From the IMG/VR virus record IMGVR_UViG_3300034069_000436, positions 1 to 41,085 of that record: a DNA stretch of 41,085 nt; one strand, written 5' to 3'. The notes below the pieces were generated by a model. It saw nothing but the letters and a program-made list of their open reading frames with translations. It was not told where the DNA came from and did no database searches. Below, in pieces: positions 16,708 to 23,373 of the stretch. The DNA comes from a virus. Position 1 is the first letter of the stretch. Each line of letters begins with the position of its first letter. Both the position numbers and the translations under genes were made by a program.

Positions 16708-17239
16708 CCTGCTGTCCGCACTTCGCGAGCCGCCCGTCGTGGGTCGGTTCTACATGGTCCCGGTCATCCGCGACTACCCGCTGGGTGGCAAGCTCGGCAC
16801 CTGGCCTGTGATCGGGCCGAAACATTCGGACATCGATTTCCTCAATTTCCGAGACGAGCATTATCATGTCGATGCGCGGTTCGTCACCGCTGCCCAAGAG
16901 CGGGCCATCACTGTTGGCGGACAACGTAGCTTAGAGGCGGTTGTCGGCAGTTGGCCGCTTGCATCTTACAGGCACGAGTTGCCGAAGGGCAGGCCCGCAC
17001 TGGCTCGGCTGAAGTGTCGCCGCAGCGCTTATGGCTATGCCTATGGTCATCAGCCGGCAATCAAGAAGCTGCGTGAGCATTACGGCGACCCGGCCGAGCC
17101 TATCCGCCTCGCCGATAGACGCCTGCTCTGCCCGCACCGCAAGGCCGATCTGTCCAGCTTTGCTCCGGGCGATGATGGCCTCGTGATTTGCCCGCTTCAC
17201 GGCCTGCGCGTGCGTTGTGCTCAAGGCCAGACCTCATGA
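16700..17239 (+). CDS. Protein with a C-terminal Rieske-type [2Fe-2S] ligand motif
   Basis: 179 aa. CPH-x17-CPLH (CPHRKADLSSFAPGDDGLVICPLH) fits the Rieske pattern CxH-x(15-17)-CxxH. Confidence 0.55.
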   Translation: MADLLSALREPPVVGRFYMVPVIRDYPLGGKLGTWPVIGPKHSDIDFLNFRDEHYHVDARFVTAAQERAITVGGQRSLEAVVGSWPLASYRHELPKGRPALARLKCRRSAYGYAYGHQPAIKKLREHYGDPAEPIRLADRRLLCPHRKADLSSFAPGDDGLVICPLHGLRVRCAQGQTS

Positions 17240-17268
17240 CCCGTCAACCACAACCAAGGGAGGGCGCG

Positions 17269-17955
17269 ATGCCCGTTGAGAAGTTCGAAGTCCGCAACCG
17301 CTGGTCCAGTCGCATCCAGTTCACTGCCGAGATCACCTGCGCGCCCGACGCCACGATCGGCGTGAAGTTGGGGCTGGCAGTAAGGTGGGCGAGAAAGAGC
17401 GGTGCCGTCCTGCGCGGTGCCGACCTGAGCGGTGCCGTCCTGCGCGACGCCGTCCTGCGCGACGCCGTCCTGCGCGACGCCGACCTGCGCGACGCCGTCC
17501 TGCGCGACGCCGACCTGAGCGGTGCCGTCCTGCGCGACGCCGTCCTGCGCGACGCCGACCTGAGCGGTGCCGTCCTGCGCGACGCCGACCTGAGCGGTGC
17601 CGTCCTGCGCGGTGCCGTCCTGCGCGGTGCCGACTGGCTCCCGCGTATCACCAACATTCACCAGTCGATCTACAATGCCGCTCGCCAGGAAGGCGCCCTC
17701 GACATGGCATCGTGGCACCGTAATGGCTACTGCGGCACGACGCATTGCCGGGCTGGATGGGCGGTGGTGCTGACCGGCGAGGGCGGCCGGGTGCTTGAGG
17801 GCATCTACGGCACCAACGCCGCTGCTGCGCTGATTTATCAGGCCAGCGACCCAAAGCTGGAGCGTATCCCTAACTGGATCGCGTCAAACCAAGACGCGCT
17901 GGACGACATGCGGATGAAGGCGGAAGCGGAAGCTGCCTCTGCGGTCTCCTCATGA
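17269..17955 (+). CDS. Pentapeptide-repeat protein with a Cys/His-containing C-terminal domain
   Basis: Track ORF 17188..17955. Start at MPVEKFEV, preceded by AGGGAGGgcgcg. It carries 16 consecutive [G/D]A[V/D]L[R/S] pentapeptides. The C-domain motif is WHRNGYCGTTHCRAGWAVVL. Confidence 0.8.
   Translation: MPVEKFEVRNRWSSRIQFTAEITCAPDATIGVKLGLAVRWARKSGAVLRGADLSGAVLRDAVLRDAVLRDADLRDAVLRDADLSGAVLRDAVLRDADLSGAVLRDADLSGAVLRGAVLRGADWLPRITNIHQSIYNAARQEGALDMASWHRNGYCGTTHCRAGWAVVLTGEGGRVLEGIYGTNAAAALIYQASDPKLERIPNWIASNQDALDDMRMKAEAEAASAVSS
17401..17637 (+). repeat. In-frame 15-bp tandem array, about 16 units
   Basis: Units are GGTGCCGTCCTGCGC, GACGCCGTCCTGCGC, GACGCCGACCTGCGC, GACGCCGACCTGAGC and GGTGCCGACCTGAGC, counted consecutively from 17401. 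Several adjacent units are 15/15 identical. Confidence 0.95.
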
Positions 17956-17987
17956 CCCCTCCCATGGATAGAGGCGAGGGGCGGGAG
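17952..17987 (+). repeat. Junction module copy J1
   Basis: atgacccctcccATGGATAGAGGCGAGGGGCGGGAG. The last 24 nt are identical to J2 18791-18814. Confidence 0.9.
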
Positions 17988-18758
17988 ACGCGCTCCGGCA
18001 TCATTCGTGACATTGATGGCGTGCTGCACGTCGTCGCGCTCTCCGGTGGTCACGACAGCACCATCCTGTCATTGCTGCTGAACGAGCGCGAGCCGCGTCC
18101 GTACCTTCATGTCTGTACGCCGACTGGCGATGAGTTGCCGGCAATGTTTGAGCATTGGAACCGGCTTAGCGGGATGCTCGGCAGCCGTATTATGCCGATC
18201 ATGGCGGGAAGCCTCAAAGGCGTCATCAGCCAAAAGGGGTGTTTGCCCAATTTCCGCCGGCGGTTCTGCACCCGCGTTTTGAAGATTGAGCCTTTCCGCG
18301 CTTTCATGGCTGCACAGGCCAAGGATGGGCCGGTCGTCTCCTATGTGGGTCTGCGCGCTGATGAGCCGGGACGGGCTGGCGGCGCTTACGACAACATTCC
18401 CGGCGTCACAATTCGTTACCCTTTACGCGAATGGGGCATGGGCGAGGACGAGGTTCAGGCCGGCTTGGCTGAGCGCGGCGTCAAGTGCCCCGATCGGACT
18501 GACTGCGGTCTGTGCTATCACCAGCGCATCGGCGAGTGGTGGGAATTGTGGAAATACCATCCCGACCGGTTTGATGATGGGGTAACGATTGAACAGCGCT
18601 ACGGGGAAACGTTTCGCACGCCGGGGCGCGATAGCTGGCCCACGTCGCTGAAGGAAATGGGCGAACGCTTTGAGGCCGGCGACAAGCCGAACACCAGCCT
18701 CAATCGCATGGCTCGGGAGCGTCAGCAAACGGGCTCTTGTCGCGTGTGTTCGCTATGA
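17952..18758 (+). CDS. PP-loop ATP pyrophosphatase, PAPS-reductase-like family
   Basis: 268 aa. VVALSGGHDSTILSLLL is the SGGxDS PP-loop. ATGA overlaps at both ends. Confidence 0.75.
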   Translation: MTPPMDRGEGRETRSGIIRDIDGVLHVVALSGGHDSTILSLLLNEREPRPYLHVCTPTGDELPAMFEHWNRLSGMLGSRIMPIMAGSLKGVISQKGCLPNFRRRFCTRVLKIEPFRAFMAAQAKDGPVVSYVGLRADEPGRAGGAYDNIPGVTIRYPLREWGMGEDEVQAGLAERGVKCPDRTDCGLCYHQRIGEWWELWKYHPDRFDDGVTIEQRYGETFRTPGRDSWPTSLKEMGERFEAGDKPNTSLNRMARERQQTGSCRVCSL

Positions 18759-18814
18759 CCATCCCCACCCATTCAGCAGGATCAGACACCATGGATAGAG
18801 GCGAGGGGCGGGAG
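18755..18814 (+). repeat. Junction module copy J2 (longest form)
   Basis: atgaccatccccacccattcagcaggatcagacaccatggatagaggcgaggggcgggag. It shares its 5' block with J3 and its 3' block with J1. Confidence 0.9.
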
Positions 18815-19606
18815 GGTGCGCAGCTTCGTGTGCTGTCGCTGTTTGCTGGCATCGGTGGCTTCGACTTGGGTCTTGAGCGGACCGGCGAATTTCGCACGGT
18901 TGCCTTTTGCGAGATCGATAAACGTTGCCGGCACGTGCTGGCGAAAAACTGGCCTGGAGTGCCGATCTATGAAGACGTGCTCGACCTTAGTGCCCAGCAT
19001 CTCGCCGCAGCAGGAATTGCCATTGATGTCATCTGCGGCGGGTTCCCATGCCAGAACATCAGTCTTGCCGGACGAATGGAGGGGATTGGTGGCGTCAAGT
19101 CTGGACTATGGCAGCACTACCTTCGTCTCGTCGAAGAAGTCCGTCCGCGCTGGGTCGTTGTCGAAAACAGTCCCGTCCTTCGCTCTCGCGGATTGGAAAT
19201 CATGCTCGGGCAGCTTGCTGCGATCGGGTATGATGCGGAGTGGCACTGTCTACCCGTTAATGCCTTTGGCGCGCCTCACCGGCGGGATCGCCTCTGGATT
19301 GTGGCCTACCCCGCTGGCGACCGAGACGGGCTTCCGCCGCTCCAGATTTCCACAGGGTGGGACCAGTCTAAGCACCGCGCTTGGTGGGATACCGAACCCG
19401 CTGTGGGTCGAGTGGTTGATGCGGTTTCCGCCGAACCACACCGCCTTGCCGAGCTCGGAAACGCCGTCTGTCCGGTAATTCCGGAGGAGATTGGCCGGGC
19501 AATTCTAGACGATGCGTTTGACCGCGCTGTCCGGCGTCCTTGCCCTGGTTGTGACCGACCGAACTACGACCATCATTGGAATTGCGCCGCGCAGGTCGCC
19601 GCATGA
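18755..19606 (+). CDS. DNA (cytosine-5)-methyltransferase, compact form
   Basis: Motif I LSLFAGIGGFDLG. Motif IV GGFPCQNIS. Motif VI VVENSP. Motif VIII HRRDRLWIV. Motif X GNAVCP. The variable region is very short. An alternative start is at 18791 (MDRGEGRE, AGGA 10 nt upstream). Confidence 0.85.
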   Translation: MTIPTHSAGSDTMDRGEGREGAQLRVLSLFAGIGGFDLGLERTGEFRTVAFCEIDKRCRHVLAKNWPGVPIYEDVLDLSAQHLAAAGIAIDVICGGFPCQNISLAGRMEGIGGVKSGLWQHYLRLVEEVRPRWVVVENSPVLRSRGLEIMLGQLAAIGYDAEWHCLPVNAFGAPHRRDRLWIVAYPAGDRDGLPPLQISTGWDQSKHRAWWDTEPAVGRVVDAVSAEPHRLAELGNAVCPVIPEEIGRAILDDAFDRAVRRPCPGCDRPNYDHHWNCAAQVAA

Positions 19607-19658
19607 CTCCCACCCATCTAGCAGGATCAGACAACATGGTAGAGCGAGAGGCGCGAGA
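19603..19658 (+). repeat. Junction module copy J3
   Basis: atgactcccacccatctagcaggatcagacaacatggtagagcgagaggcgcgagag. It aligns to J2 with a few substitutions and two small indels. Confidence 0.85.
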
Positions 19659-20166
19659 GATCTTGGCGCAAGCTTATGAGCGGGCGAACCTGACCTGCCC
19701 GGCCACCGACATTCGTGCTGGCAACAAGGTAGATTGGGTCAGGGAAGCGGTTGCCTTGGACGCTATCTCCGCCGCCCTCCACCCCACCCAGCCTGTAGGT
19801 GAGCCCGAAGGATGGCGGGAGGCCCACTCTGACGATCTGGCCGTTGATAGGTTCGCGGCAAAGATGAAAGCGAAGCTGGCGCAGGCTCGCGACAAAGGTC
19901 GCGGTGGCTGGGACGACCCGGAGCAGTGTGGCCCAACCATTCTGCTGCCAATGCTGCACGATCACCTCGCTAAGGGCGACCCGGTGGACGTGGCGAATTT
20001 TGCTATGATGCTGGATCACTACGGCGCGTCCACAGCCCCTTTCCCCACGTCGAACGTACAACGAGCCCGCGTCAAATGTGATCGGCTAGGTTGCGATTGG
20101 GCCAACGGTCGTGCCGCCCTTGCATCCCTGCCCACCAATGATGCCACGGAGACATTAAATGGATAG
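19603..20166 (+). CDS. Hypothetical protein. The middle region faintly resembles MazG-like all-alpha NTP-PPase helices but lacks the acidic metal motif.
   Basis: Track ORF 19576..20166 trimmed to MTPTHLAGSDNM (ATGA overlap). ...KLAQARDKGRGGWDD...HDHLAKGDPVDVANFAMMLDH. Confidence 0.5.
   Translation: MTPTHLAGSDNMVEREAREILAQAYERANLTCPATDIRAGNKVDWVREAVALDAISAALHPTQPVGEPEGWREAHSDDLAVDRFAAKMKAKLAQARDKGRGGWDDPEQCGPTILLPMLHDHLAKGDPVDVANFAMMLDHYGASTAPFPTSNVQRARVKCDRLGCDWANGRAALASLPTNDATETLNG
20128..20143 (+). repeat. DR1 left copy (ctgcccaccaatgatg)
   Basis: Perfect 16-nt match to 20417-20432. It encodes LPTND in the 3' end of gene 19603..20166. Confidence 0.9.
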
Positions 20167-20452
20167 CCAATGGTCGGAAATTGCCGCCAACGGTATCATT
20201 CACGCTGCTACAATGGCTTTTCAGGCTTGGGAGCAAAACTCATACGAGTTCACGCGTCCTTGCGTCCTGTTCAAGCCCGTATTGTCAAGAGACGGAAATC
20301 AGTGGTGCGCTTTGCTAGGCGACAATCTGCAAGAAGGTATCGCAGGTTTTGGAAACACGCCTTATCTTGCAATGTATGCTTTTGACAAAGCGTTCAATAC
20401 AGAAACCATCGTCCCTCTGCCCACCAATGATGAGGATCGCAGCCGTGGGTGA
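20159..20452 (+). CDS. Hypothetical protein in a low-GC cassette
   Basis: 97 aa. It looks visibly AT-richer than its neighbours (by eye near 50% GC). It is bracketed by the two DR1 copies. Confidence 0.6.
   Translation: MDSQWSEIAANGIIHAATMAFQAWEQNSYEFTRPCVLFKPVLSRDGNQWCALLGDNLQEGIAGFGNTPYLAMYAFDKAFNTETIVPLPTNDEDRSRG
20417..20432 (+). repeat. DR1 right copy
   Basis: Perfect 16-nt match to 20128-20143. It encodes LPTND in the 3' end of gene 20159..20452. Confidence 0.9.
20432..20452 (+). repeat. DR2 left copy (gaggatcgcagccgtgggtga)
   Basis: 18/21 match to 20688-20708. Contains the upstream stop and an embedded GTG start. Confidence 0.85.
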
Positions 20453-20708
20453 TTATCAGCTTTTTGTGTACCCGCCGTTTCGTGCTGCGCCGCGTGTGCT
20501 GATGCACGTCGATGATAGCGGAGAGCTTCCAGACGGCCGGAGGTGCGGCCATTTCGTCTGCCGCAAGTGCGGTTATGCCGAATGGCGAGCGGCGGGACTA
20601 ACCAACCAGCGACGCGGACTGCCTTGCCCCACTTGTAACGGCAAAGGCCAAAAAGTTCGCGCCCTCCACCCCAGCACCGCAGGACAGGAGGATCAGAGCC
20701 GTGGTTGA
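20445..20708 (+). CDS. Zinc-ribbon protein
   Basis: Track ORF 20349..20708. The GTG at 20445 is chosen by analogy with the paralogous DR2 junction at 20701. ATGs at 20427/20430 are alternatives. Motifs: CRKCGYAEW...CPTCNGKG. Confidence 0.55.
   Translation: MGDYQLFVYPPFRAAPRVLMHVDDSGELPDGRRCGHFVCRKCGYAEWRAAGLTNQRRGLPCPTCNGKGQKVRALHPSTAGQEDQSRG
20688..20708 (+). repeat. DR2 right copy (gaggatcagagccgtggttga)
   Basis: 18/21 match to 20432-20452. Contains the stop of the Zn-ribbon gene and the GTG start of gene 20701. Confidence 0.85.
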
Positions 20709-21174
20709 GAGCGAGTTCCAATCCATCGTGGGGCAAGAGGCGATCGACTTGCTTGTCGATCTGTGCGGGCCGGGCTCATCGCAATCCGGAACCAACTGTC
20801 GGGTGGTCGAGGATCACTTGAAGCAGTTTGCCCGCGCCATTGCCCCCAAGCCTCCCGCCGTCAGCAGCGAGAGCGCAGGGGTGGAGGATGATCGGTTGTT
20901 CATTGCCGCTGCGTTGGATTTTTCGAACGCCGGTCCTAACCACTTTAGCCCTGGCTTCCTTCAGTACCGCGATCTTGCACTTGCCGCCTCCCGCGTAAGT
21001 CTCGCCGCCCAGCCCACCACAGAGCAGCCGGGCGGGGTGACGCGGGAGCGCGAGCGCTGCGCCCGGATCGCGGAGAACTTCACCCGCGCCAGCCGGGATT
21101 GGGTGCCTGACAGCCTGTGGGACAACATCACCAAGGGCATTGCTGCGGCCATTCGAGGGGAGGGTGGCAAGTGA
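20701..21174 (+). CDS. Hypothetical protein
   Basis: 157 aa, with a GTG start inside DR2. Confidence 0.55.
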   Translation: MVESEFQSIVGQEAIDLLVDLCGPGSSQSGTNCRVVEDHLKQFARAIAPKPPAVSSESAGVEDDRLFIAAALDFSNAGPNHFSPGFLQYRDLALAASRVSLAAQPTTEQPGGVTRERERCARIAENFTRASRDWVPDSLWDNITKGIAAAIRGEGGK

Positions 21175-21314
21175 CTCTAGCGGTATACCATCATCCCTGC
21201 GGCAAGCGAGAAGTCTTGCTCCCGTGGGAGACGATGCAGCCCTGCGCCGCGTGTGACCTTCACCGCAGAATGGTCCGTTGGGGTCTCGTTAAACGCTGGG
21301 GTGAACGCGCATGA
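21171..21314 (+). CDS. Hypothetical 47-aa Cys-containing protein
   Basis: GTG at 21171 (GTGA overlap, GGGGAGGGTGG upstream): (M)TLAVYHHPCGKREVLLPWETMQPCAACDLHRRMVRWGLVKRWGERA. Confidence 0.45.
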   Translation: MTLAVYHHPCGKREVLLPWETMQPCAACDLHRRMVRWGLVKRWGERA

Positions 21315-21667
21315 CCGACCTCAACCAGATCGCGGAGCTGCGGGGGCTGGTGGCGAAGGCGACCCAAGAAAACTTGGCGGATGGCGGCCGGTATTTCGCC
21401 GACAGCTACACCGACCTTACCCGCTGCCGACATGAAGAGATCGGCGAGTACCAAAACCGGCACGACGGCCCTGCCATCGAAGCGCTTTGGAATGCTCGTC
21501 ACGCCCTGCTGGATGCAGCGGAGAGGGTGGGGCGGCTGGAGGAGGCGGTTCGTGCCTATTGCGACGCCTTCGATGCCGGCACTGGAACGGTCTATGTCGA
21601 GCCGCTGATGCGCTCCCTCCTCACCGACACCACCCATGACACCGCTGAACACGGAGAAGGGGAATGA
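21311..21667 (+). CDS. Hypothetical protein
   Basis: 118 aa, with an ATGA overlap upstream. Confidence 0.55.
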   Translation: MTDLNQIAELRGLVAKATQENLADGGRYFADSYTDLTRCRHEEIGEYQNRHDGPAIEALWNARHALLDAAERVGRLEEAVRAYCDAFDAGTGTVYVEPLMRSLLTDTTHDTAEHGEGE

Positions 21668-21840
21668 GCGCGCTCGCAAACCGCCGATACCTCGTCCACA
21701 CGTGCCGAACCGTCCGTGGCGGGCAAATTCAACGCGCCGCCTATGGGCCATATTCGCGGTGGGGCGCCACCGCCCTGCGATGCTGGTTGGGCCTTGGCCG
21801 TAACGTGCGAGCATGGGTTGAGGGGATGGCTAGGGCATGA
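21664..21840 (+). CDS. Hypothetical 58-aa protein (below the track cutoff)
   Basis: My translation: MSALANRRYLVHTCRTVRGGQIQRAAYGPYSRWGATALRCWLGLGRNVRAWVEGMARA. ATGA overlaps at both ends. Confidence 0.4.
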   Translation: MSALANRRYLVHTCRTVRGGQIQRAAYGPYSRWGATALRCWLGLGRNVRAWVEGMARA

Positions 21841-22010
21841 CTGGAGAGTTTCGCATCATTCCGCCCGATGCGCGTGGATACCCTGGATTGACTGCGCTTA
21901 AGCTGACGGACGGTCGAGAACTAGCCGCAATGGGGGTAGGGGCAGAGGTGGAGCGCATGTTGGGCGACGAAGCTATTAAGCGAGTGAAAGGTGTGCATGA
22001 TGCTAGATGA
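21837..22010 (+). CDS. Hypothetical 57-aa protein (below the track cutoff), the last gene of the rightward operon
   Basis: My translation: MTGEFRIIPPDARGYPGLTALKLTDGRELAAMGVGAEVERMLGDEAIKRVKGVHDAR. Confidence 0.4.
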   Translation: MTGEFRIIPPDARGYPGLTALKLTDGRELAAMGVGAEVERMLGDEAIKRVKGVHDAR

Positions 22011-22066
22011 TCGTGCCACAGCAGCACCAGCGCACTTTCCCTACGCGCACCGAACGGTGGCTGAGG

Positions 22067-22312
22067 TCATGCCTCGCCTGAGGGGTATTCGAACGAAGGC
22101 GTCTCCCCCGTCACCCAAGCCAGATACGCATACGCCGTCGTCTGAAGGTGAAACGTCGGGCTGATCCGCTTGCACTGGCTGTCGGGTTCTTGTCCCGGTA
22201 GCTGGACACGCACGCACCAACGCTGGCCGTAGCCGTCCATATCGACAAAGACTCGGCCGCCGGGTGGGATACGCGGCGGTTCGCGCCCCACCAAACGGCC
22301 GAGCCAGCCCAC
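22067..22312 (-). CDS. Hypothetical protein (accessory island)
   Basis: 81 aa. The start overlaps the upstream stop by 1 nt. Confidence 0.5.
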   Translation of the reverse strand: MGWLGRLVGREPPRIPPGGRVFVDMDGYGQRWCVRVQLPGQEPDSQCKRISPTFHLQTTAYAYLAWVTGETPSFEYPSGEA

Positions 22313-22623
22313 TACAGCTTGCCTGTCGTCGCCAGTTTCTCGGCTTCAGCGATGATTTCCGGCCAGTGCGCGGTGATCGTAGCCTGCGCGAGGTGAAGCG
22401 CCATGCTGGTCGAAAGATTCACGCCCTTCACGTCCGCGACCAGCTTCTTCGCCTGATTGGCGAGCGCGAGCAGCGAGGCAAACTCGTCGGGTAGCGACTT
22501 GCTGAATGCGGCGAGATCGTCACCGACAACGGGCAGGAGGTCGGACACCACCTTCTCGGCGGCGGTGAGATTGTGACCGCTGAAAAGGTGGCCGAGCGAC
22601 TTGAAGAACGAACCGATGCTCAT
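22312..22623 (-). CDS. Hypothetical helical protein (accessory island)
   Basis: 103 aa, with plausible composition. Confidence 0.55.
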   Translation of the reverse strand: MSIGSFFKSLGHLFSGHNLTAAEKVVSDLLPVVGDDLAAFSKSLPDEFASLLALANQAKKLVADVKGVNLSTSMALHLAQATITAHWPEIIAEAEKLATTGKL

Positions 22624-22635
22624 GGGATGCTCCTT

Positions 22636-22863
22636 CTATGCGGTGATGGCCTTGACCGCCCACATGACGGCTTCTTCGGTCTTGGTCTTGGCGATAGACA
22701 GTTCGCGGCCACTGCCAGCTTTGGCGATTAGGTCAAGCATGTGTGCGCCCGCATCCTTGATGGCCACCATCTGCGCCTTCTCGTCGTCGGTTAGGACGCG
22801 ATACTGATGGCGAACGGCATTGTTGGCAGTTCGTTCGTCTGATTCGCTGTCTACGTCAGTCAT
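22636..22863 (-). CDS. Small helical-hairpin protein, possibly of the Acb2/Tad1-hairpin-like family (a candidate signalling-nucleotide sponge)
   Basis: Track ORF 22636..22998 trimmed to MTDVDSE at 22863, preceded by AGGAGcatctc. The motif pattern is YRVLTDDEKAQMVAIKDAG...GRELSIAKTKTEEAVMWAVKAIT. The family assignment is from memory of this motif only, with no search run. Confidence 0.45.
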   Translation of the reverse strand: MTDVDSESDERTANNAVRHQYRVLTDDEKAQMVAIKDAGAHMLDLIAKAGSGRELSIAKTKTEEAVMWAVKAITA

Positions 22864-23020
22864 GAGATGCTCCTGTGATGCTGCGATTGACGTAGCATAC
22901 GGACAGGCCCATGAACAGGGAGCCGGGGTCAGGTTGGAGCCTGCCCCGGCGGACAACGCGGTTGGGCGCGCTGCCACAATGAGGTGGCTACACGGCACAG
23001 CCGCTCCGGTAAAGGAGCGA
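22864..23020. promoter_or_regulatory. Divergent intergenic region of the accessory island
   Basis: 157 bp between divergent starts at 22863 (-) and 23021 (+). Contains TTGACG (22887-22892) and an imperfect hairpin, gccggggtcagg-ttggag-cctgccccggc (22922-22950). Confidence 0.35.
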
Positions 23021-23362
23021 ATGATGGAAACGATGGCAGCTTACGCGATGGGTGCGGTTAATCGCGGCAAGGATCTCATGGTCTTTGATTGGGATAAGGC
23101 AGCCGAACGCATTGCGGTAGCCCGCCCGTTAGAAGCTAATGCCGGGTTAAGCGGGGACTGGGAATTTACGGGCGGCCTGATTTACCGCAATGGCGCTCCT
23201 GTGCCCCGGGAGAGCACGTATACGTATTTGGCAAGCACTTGGGCTAAGCCAGAGTTGGAGATGGATGGCGTATTGGAGGATTGCTACAGAATGCAGTCTG
23301 ATACACCGGGCTGGGACAGTGAAACTTTTTGGCCGGAAACTGCCTTAGCATTACTTGGCTAA
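23021..23362 (+). CDS. Hypothetical protein, a lone rightward gene
   Basis: Track ORF 22820..23362 trimmed to the ATGATG at 23021, preceded by AAAGGAGcga. 113 aa. MVFDWDKAAERIA...GLSGDWEFTGGLIYRNGAPV. Confidence 0.6.
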   Translation: MMETMAAYAMGAVNRGKDLMVFDWDKAAERIAVARPLEANAGLSGDWEFTGGLIYRNGAPVPRESTYTYLASTWAKPELEMDGVLEDCYRMQSDTPGWDSETFWPETALALLG

Positions 23363-23373
23363 TTAACATTATA

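Noticed and set aside
21998-22165. A possible further plus-strand ORF (MMLDDRATAAPAHF...) after the last early gene
   Set aside because: It overlaps the convergent minus-strand gene 22067..22312 and becomes P/S/T-rich. No SD is present. The early operon is taken to end at 22010.
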